In this document: in pieces, positions 58,213-64,000 of the stretch
Layout of the letters: each line of letters starts with the position of its first letter
How positions within the stretch are numbered: the stretch's first letter is position 1
DNA from: Thermoplasmatales archaeon SW_10_69_26
GTDB taxonomy: Archaea; Thermoplasmatota; SW-10-69-26
NCBI GenBank assembly: GCA_003009755.1
Contig: PXUB01000003.1
Location: forward strand, 25,667 to 89,666
Reading direction: 5' to 3'
DNA length: 64,000 nucleotides
Notes under the pieces: generated by a model
Seen by the model: the letters and a program-made list of their open reading frames with translations, nothing else
Database searches by the model: none
What the model was told of the DNA's origin: nothing
Program-made: the position numbers and the translations under genes

Positions 58213-59760
58213 ATGAACAGCCGCCTCGTTCTCGTCGTCGCGTTCACGATGCTGACCGTCCCGCTGGTCGGATGCATCGGCCAGCAGACGGATGAGATCG
58301 GATCGCAATCGGCCGAAGATCCGACCCAGGAGGTGGACACGCCCGGCAACCCCGCTCAAGCCTACGTCGCGGACGGGGATAGCGCCACCGAGATCGACGC
58401 CGAGGACGTCCTCGCCGAGGGCGTCCCGGCCCCCAGCGGGATCGACCGCCACATGGACCTGGACGAGGAGAACGTCTTCGAGCCGACGATCGGCGTCACG
58501 AGCGAGGGCAACATCTTCGTGTCCAACCTCGGCGGCTCCGCCGGCACCGACTACTCCTCGCTGCTCCGCAGCACCGACGACGGCGAGACGTGGGAGGACG
58601 TGACCGGCTCGGTCGGTCCCGTCTCCAGCCCGCCGCAGAGCAACGACCCCTACGTGTACGTCGACGAGGAGACCGACCGCATCTACAACCTCGACATGCA
58701 GGGCCTGCAAGGCAACTACATCCGCTGGAGCGACGACGAGGGCGAAACGTGGACGCCGCGCCCGCAGGCCGGCGAGACCCCCGTGCTCGACCACCCGACC
58801 CTGTTCGCCGGCGACCCGACGACGCTCGAGACGACGGCCTACGAGAACGTCGTCTACCTGTGCGTGAACCGCGTCGCCGACAGCGCCTGTACGACGAGCC
58901 TCGACGGCGGCGTGACCTGGCGACCCTTCACGACCGTGTACCCCGGCGCCGACCAAGGCGTCGCCAGCGAGGCCGAGGGCTTCTGCGGCGGCCTGCACGC
59001 CCACGGCACCACCGGTCCCAACGGCACCGCCTACCTGCCCAAGGGCCACTGCGGCCTGCCCACCGTCGCCGTCAGCACCGACGACGGCGCCACGTGGCAG
59101 CTGCACGAGATCTCCACCGAGGTCGAGGCCGGCGACCATGAGGTCGCCATCGCCACCGACGACGAGGGCACCGTCTACGCCTTCTGGTACAACGACGACA
59201 ACGAGGGCTACCTGGCCCACAGCACCGACAAGGGGCAGACCTGGAGCGACCCCGTCAACGTCGACCCGCCCGGCACCAGCCTGACCCAGTTCCCGACGAT
59301 CGCCGCCACCGGTGACGGCTCCGTCGCGCTGTCCTACGTCGCCACGACCGACGACATCGACAGCTTCGAGGACGCCGACGAGGAGACGACCTGGAACGCC
59401 TACATCACGACGGTCACGAACGCCACCAGCGAGGAGCCGGCGTTCCTCACGACGACCGCCAACGACCCCGAGGACCCGATCGCTCGCGGCAACTGCAACT
59501 CCGGCAACCGCTGCTTCGGCGACGAAGGCGGCTCGCTCGGCGACTTCATCGACGTCGTCATCGACGACGACGGTCGCCCGTGGGCCGCCCTCGTGGACAC
59601 CTGCACCGAGGACTGCGTCGACGATCCCTCCGCCGGCCGCGACGTCGGCGTCGGCTTCGTCGGCACCGTCAACCAAGGCCCCTCGCTCGAGGACCCCACC
59701 CAGGCCCTCGACCCGCTGGTCACCCCCGACGACGTCCCGAACGCGACCGGGGACGACTGA
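58213..59760 (+). CDS. BNR/Asp-box (sialidase-like beta-propeller) lipoprotein
   Basis: LVGC lipobox; repeated S.D.G.TW. Confidence 0.88.
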   Translation: MNSRLVLVVAFTMLTVPLVGCIGQQTDEIGSQSAEDPTQEVDTPGNPAQAYVADGDSATEIDAEDVLAEGVPAPSGIDRHMDLDEENVFEPTIGVTSEGNIFVSNLGGSAGTDYSSLLRSTDDGETWEDVTGSVGPVSSPPQSNDPYVYVDEETDRIYNLDMQGLQGNYIRWSDDEGETWTPRPQAGETPVLDHPTLFAGDPTTLETTAYENVVYLCVNRVADSACTTSLDGGVTWRPFTTVYPGADQGVASEAEGFCGGLHAHGTTGPNGTAYLPKGHCGLPTVAVSTDDGATWQLHEISTEVEAGDHEVAIATDDEGTVYAFWYNDDNEGYLAHSTDKGQTWSDPVNVDPPGTSLTQFPTIAATGDGSVALSYVATTDDIDSFEDADEETTWNAYITTVTNATSEEPAFLTTTANDPEDPIARGNCNSGNRCFGDEGGSLGDFIDVVIDDDGRPWAALVDTCTEDCVDDPSAGRDVGVGFVGTVNQGPSLEDPTQALDPLVTPDDVPNATGDD

Positions 59761-59766
59761 TCCGAG

Positions 59767-61302
59767 GTGGACGAGGTGTCGGCTCGCCTCCCCCTCGCCC
59801 TGGCAGTCCTCGTGCTGGCGGCCCCGCTGGCCGGCTGCATCGGGACCACCCGGGACGACACGGTGCAGGCGCAGAACGCAACCGACAACGTGACCGAGCC
59901 CGAGCCGACCGTCGGCAACCCGGCCGAGGTCTACGTCGCCGGCACCAACGCCAGCTCGGCGCTCGGCAACGCCACCGGCGAGCTGCCGGTCGGCATCGGT
60001 CTGCCCGTCCCGGGTCCGCTGTTCGAGCCGACGATCGGCGTCACCAGCGAGGGCACGCTGTTCGTGTCCAACACCGGCAGGGGCGAGCTCACCGAGGAGG
60101 ACCCACCGCCCGACACCGAGTACTCCTCGATCCTGCGCAGCACCGACGACGGCGAGACGTGGGAGGACGTGACCGGCTCGGTCGGTCCCGTGTCGGTCCC
60201 GCCGGAGACCGGCGACCCCTACGTGTACGTCGACGAGGAGACCGACCGCGTCTACAACCTCGACATGATCGGGCTCAACTGCAACTGGGTCCGCTTCAGC
60301 GACGACGCCGGCGATTCCTGGGTCAACAACCCGGCCGGTTGCGGCCAACCGCCGGTCCTCGACCACCCGACGATCTTCGCCGGCGACCCGACGACGCTCG
60401 AGACGACGGCCTACGAGAACGTCGTCTACCTGTGCGTCAACCGGGTCGCCGACAGCGCGTGCGCGACCAGCCTCGACGGCGGCGTGACTTGGAGCCCGTT
60501 CCGCACCGTCTACCCCGGCGCCGAAGCCGACGGCAGCTTCTGCGGCGGCCTGCACGCCCACGGCACGACCGGTCCCGAGGGCACCGCCTACCTCCCCAAG
60601 GGCCAATGCGGCACGCCCACCCTAGCCATCAGCCAGGACAACGGTCTCACCTGGGAGACCGTCGAGATCACGACCGAGGTCCCCTCGGTCGGCCACGAGG
60701 TCGCCATCGCCACCGACGACCAAGCCAACGTGTTCGCCCACTGGATCGGCGAGGACCTGCACGCCTACCTGGCCTACAGCGAGGACCAGGGCCGGACGTG
60801 GAGCGAGCCCGTCGACGTCACACCGCCCGACGTCGAGCTGACCAGCCACCCCACGATCGCGGCCGGCGCGAACGGCTCCGTCGCGCTCGCCTACGTCGGC
60901 ACCGAGACCGCCGCCAGCGGCTACGGCGAGGTGTCGGCCAACGCGACCTGGAACGGCTACATCACGACCGTGCTCGACGCCCGCACCGCCGAGCCGACCG
61001 TCACGACCGTCACCGCCAACGATCCCGACAACCCGCTGGCCCGGGGCGAGTGCGGCGGCACGCGGTGCCGGGCGGCCAACGACGCCGGCATCGGCGACTT
61101 CATCGACGTCACGATCGACGACGACGGTCGCCCGTGGGCCGCCTTCGTCGACGTCTGCCTCGAGACGTGCGAGCAGACCGGTGAGTCGGTGCGCGAGGAG
61201 GGCATCGGGTTCGTCGGCACGCTCACCGAGGGCTCCGCGCTCGTCGGCGACGGCGCGCTCGAACCGCTGGACGCCGAGCCCCCGAACGCGACCGAGAGCT
61301 GA
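59767..61302 (+). CDS. BNR/Asp-box lipoprotein, tandem paralog
   Basis: LAGC lipobox; repeated S.D.G.TW; colinear with the upstream gene. Confidence 0.88.
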   Translation: MDEVSARLPLALAVLVLAAPLAGCIGTTRDDTVQAQNATDNVTEPEPTVGNPAEVYVAGTNASSALGNATGELPVGIGLPVPGPLFEPTIGVTSEGTLFVSNTGRGELTEEDPPPDTEYSSILRSTDDGETWEDVTGSVGPVSVPPETGDPYVYVDEETDRVYNLDMIGLNCNWVRFSDDAGDSWVNNPAGCGQPPVLDHPTIFAGDPTTLETTAYENVVYLCVNRVADSACATSLDGGVTWSPFRTVYPGAEADGSFCGGLHAHGTTGPEGTAYLPKGQCGTPTLAISQDNGLTWETVEITTEVPSVGHEVAIATDDQANVFAHWIGEDLHAYLAYSEDQGRTWSEPVDVTPPDVELTSHPTIAAGANGSVALAYVGTETAASGYGEVSANATWNGYITTVLDARTAEPTVTTVTANDPDNPLARGECGGTRCRAANDAGIGDFIDVTIDDDGRPWAAFVDVCLETCEQTGESVREEGIGFVGTLTEGSALVGDGALEPLDAEPPNATES

Positions 61303-61350
61303 CCGAGGCTCGCGGGACCGTTAACAAGGCGGGGCTCGTTCGGGGCCACG

Positions 61351-62316
61351 ATGCCCGACGTCCGGTTCCTGTTCGCCGCCAGCCTGGCCTCGCCCGATCC
61401 CGGGCTCGAGGACCTCGACGACCAGATGCCCCGCGGTGCCGCCGAGGGCGAGATCCCCGCCCTCGACGACCCCGAGTTCGGCGAGGGTCGCTGGCTGCGC
61501 AGCGAGGACCCCGTCATCGTCGTCGAGGTCGACGACCAAGCCCGATGCTACCCGCTGCGGGTGCTCGACTACCACGAGATCGTCGACGACGAGATCGCCG
61601 GCCACCCCGTCGCCGTCACCTTCTGCCCGCTGTCCGGCGCCGGCATCGCGTGGGATCGACGCGTCGGTGACCGCGAGCTATCATTCCTCGTCAGCGGCCG
61701 CCTGTACCGCAACGATCTCGTCATGAAGGACCGCGAGACCGGCAGCCTGTGGCCCCAGATCCTCGGCCGGGCCCTCCACGGCGAGCTCCAATGCACCCAG
61801 CTGGCCTACGTGCCCACCTGGCGGACCACCTACGGCTGGTTCCGCCAACGCTACCCCGACGGCCTCGTGCTCTCGCGCCCGGGCCGCCACCGCGCCATCC
61901 AGTACGAGTCCCGCGCCAACCCCGGCTACCCCGACAGCGACCAGACGCTGTTCGAGCCCGAGCACGAGGACGAGCGCATACCTCGCAAGCGCCGCGTGGT
62001 CGGCCTCGCCCACGGGGACGACGCGCTGGCGATCCGGCGCTGGGACCTCGAGGAGGTCGGCCTGACGATCGAGACCGTCGGCGGCGAGGACGTCATCCTC
62101 GGCGTCGTCCGCGGCCGCACCGTCGCCTGGTGGACCGGCGACAGGACCTTCACTGTCGACGAAGACGGCTACCTCGTCGGACCCCGCGGCGAGCGCTGGG
62201 ACAGCTACCACGGCCGCGAGGGCAACCGACACCTCGAGCCCGCCCCCGTCGTCGACTGCTTCTGGTTCGCCTGGGCCGACATCCACCCCGACACGCGCCT
62301 TTGGCACGAGACCTGA
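61351..62316 (+). CDS. DUF3179 domain protein
   Basis: IPA.D.P.F, YP...L..HEIV.D, VTFCPL, SG.LY...LV..DRET.SLW.Q, FWFAW...HP.T. Confidence 0.88.
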   Translation: MPDVRFLFAASLASPDPGLEDLDDQMPRGAAEGEIPALDDPEFGEGRWLRSEDPVIVVEVDDQARCYPLRVLDYHEIVDDEIAGHPVAVTFCPLSGAGIAWDRRVGDRELSFLVSGRLYRNDLVMKDRETGSLWPQILGRALHGELQCTQLAYVPTWRTTYGWFRQRYPDGLVLSRPGRHRAIQYESRANPGYPDSDQTLFEPEHEDERIPRKRRVVGLAHGDDALAIRRWDLEEVGLTIETVGGEDVILGVVRGRTVAWWTGDRTFTVDEDGYLVGPRGERWDSYHGREGNRHLEPAPVVDCFWFAWADIHPDTRLWHET

Positions 62317-62575
62317 GGTGGTGGCGCGCGCGGTTGGCGGTGAGCACACAGAGCCACACAGGCACGGAGGCACAGAGAAGGGGGAGGGGGGACAGCTCAG
62401 GGATCGAGATGCGAAGAAGAGGTGGGAGTAGCGGAGGACAGGCGGGAAAGGTCGAACCGTGACCATGCCGTTGCCCGAGCGAGCTCCTTCGGAGGGTGTT
62501 GCTTTCGGGTCGCCCCTCCCTAGCCGTCGGTGTCGAGGTCGGCTGGCGATCGCAGCCTTCCCCTCCACCGGGGCT

Positions 62576-63992
62576 GACCGGTGGTGCTGGCTGAGATCAA
62601 CCTCCTTCAGGCGCGGCCCCGATTCGCACGGGGCCGCGCACCGCGGCCTGCCTGGAGGAGACAGGATGCGCTACGCCGGCATCGACATCAGCAACAACCG
62701 CTTGGACCTGTGCGTGGTGGACGAGACGGGCGACGTCGTTCACCGAGACGAGCTTGCGAACAACGAGGCGGGCTACGAGGAGTTGACCGAACTCCTCACC
62801 CCCGAGGATCCGATCGGGCTCGAGGTTGGCACGTTGGCCTACCCGGTGCACGATTTCATGGTCGAGCGAGGCTACACCGTCCGGTTGGGCGATTCGCAGC
62901 GGATGAAGACGATCTGGCAGTGCGATCAGAAGTTCGACGGCAAGGACGCCTTCGAGATCGCGGATCTTCTTCGGATCGACAAGTTCCCCGAGGTCCACAT
63001 CCCCGACCCGGACGTGCTCGAGGCGCGCGAGTTGATTCGGGCGCGCAAAGACGTGGTCGAGCAGTGTACGCAGGCCAAGCAGCGGTTGGGCTCGTATCTG
63101 CGTCGGGAGGGGATCGATCCGCCGTTCGGCTCGGATGCATTGTACGGGGAGAAGGGACGAGCGTGGCTGCGTGAGCAGGATCTTGACGCAAAGAAGCGGT
63201 CGTTGATGGAGGCGCACTTGGCGCAGATCGAGGCTCTCGAGCCGCGGGTCGAGGAGTTGGATGAGATGGTGGCCGGGTTGATCGTGGATGATGCGATCGT
63301 GGATCGGCTCGTCTCGATCCCCGGCGTAGGGCTGCATAATGCGGCGGTGTTGCGTTTCGAGGTCGGGTCGATGGAGCGCTTCGACACGATCGGGCACTTT
63401 CGAGCCTACGCGGGTGGAGCTCCCCGGAATCGGCAGAGTGGTGGGCCGGCGCGGCAGGAGGGGCCGGTGCGTCGGTGCAACAAGCGGGTGAAGGCGGCGG
63501 TGGGGATCGCGGCGGAGTCGGCGGCAGTGAAGACGAAGGGCGAGAATCCGGTGAAGGCGATCTATCGCAAGCAGCGGGGCAAGGGCAAGCCTCGCAGCAA
63601 TGCTCTTGGACATGCTCGGGGGAAGATGTGCAACACGATCTATGCGGTCTGGACGAAGGGCGAGGAGTGTCGGTGGGGGAGTGAGGCGACGGCGGAGAAC
63701 AAGCGGTTGAAGATTAAGCGTCTGGCTCGCCGGGGGTCGGCTTCATGACCGCTTCCCCCCCGATGACGGTGTAGGAGACGTCTTTGGGGGCTTGCGGCAC
63801 TGGCGTTCCCGGGTGGGCTTCGTGTTCGATTGCGGCCGTGGTGGACCGCTTAGACCGGGTTGCCTGGATTCCTGGGTTCGCCCGAGCCGTCGCCCCCGGC
63901 GGGCCGGACATCACAGTCATGTGCGTGGAGGTTGGTTAGTGCTTCGTGTAGGCTGCGGGGGTGGTTGGTTGCCCGCCAGCACCACAGACCGG
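62576..63992 (+). mobile_element. IS110-family element, IS1111-like (sub-terminal IRs, long 3' non-coding region)
   Basis: Perfect 11-bp IR GTGGTGCTGGC (62581) / GCCAGCACCAC (63975-63985); GACCGG at both ends. Exact ends inferred. Confidence 0.7.
62666..63748 (+). CDS. IS110-family transposase/recombinase
   Basis: DEDD: GID, LE, K.D..DA; SIPGVG; YAG.AP...QSG serine loop; atypical G-rich codon usage. Confidence 0.93.
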   Translation: MRYAGIDISNNRLDLCVVDETGDVVHRDELANNEAGYEELTELLTPEDPIGLEVGTLAYPVHDFMVERGYTVRLGDSQRMKTIWQCDQKFDGKDAFEIADLLRIDKFPEVHIPDPDVLEARELIRARKDVVEQCTQAKQRLGSYLRREGIDPPFGSDALYGEKGRAWLREQDLDAKKRSLMEAHLAQIEALEPRVEELDEMVAGLIVDDAIVDRLVSIPGVGLHNAAVLRFEVGSMERFDTIGHFRAYAGGAPRNRQSGGPARQEGPVRRCNKRVKAAVGIAAESAAVKTKGENPVKAIYRKQRGKGKPRSNALGHARGKMCNTIYAVWTKGEECRWGSEATAENKRLKIKRLARRGSAS

Positions 63993-64000
63993 AGGGGGGG

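Noticed and set aside
56110-60606. Very long antisense ORFs (e.g. 1498 aa; also the upstream part of the 1261-aa frame, 980 aa, 852 aa)
   Set aside because: Shadow frames of real genes in a high-GC genome; no recognisable motifs.

Overview
This is a very GC-rich archaeal chromosomal segment with strongly acidic proteins. The archaeal markers are aIF1A, archaeal TIM, type II GAPDH, Dph6, TrmI and archaeal-type uS10. A halophilic Thermoplasmatota-like lineage is my inference, not something the sequence proves. Most of the window is housekeeping/metabolic genes and secreted lipoproteins. The notable signals are: (1) a 168-169 bp MITE in three copies, each with a 9-bp target-site duplication and each in a promoter region; (2) a 301-bp foldback element inserted at CTAG, whose removal restores a sortase-like '...ALLARRR*' C-terminus; (3) a large structured non-coding family (9.5 kb and 28.3-28.8 kb, remnant at 8.5 kb) with compensatory base changes; (4) an island at 3.8-9.8 kb where two integrase-free toxin-antitoxin cassettes each sit between an intact gene and a decayed copy of that gene's 3' end; (5) four small secreted Cys-rich peptides with a shared leader; (6) three clustered DUF429 nucleases; (7) an active/degenerate amino-acid dehydrogenase pair; (8) an IS110-family (IS1111-like) element with a long 3' non-coding region. 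I saw no tRNA, rRNA or CRISPR array. All family assignments come from motif recognition by eye, not database searches.
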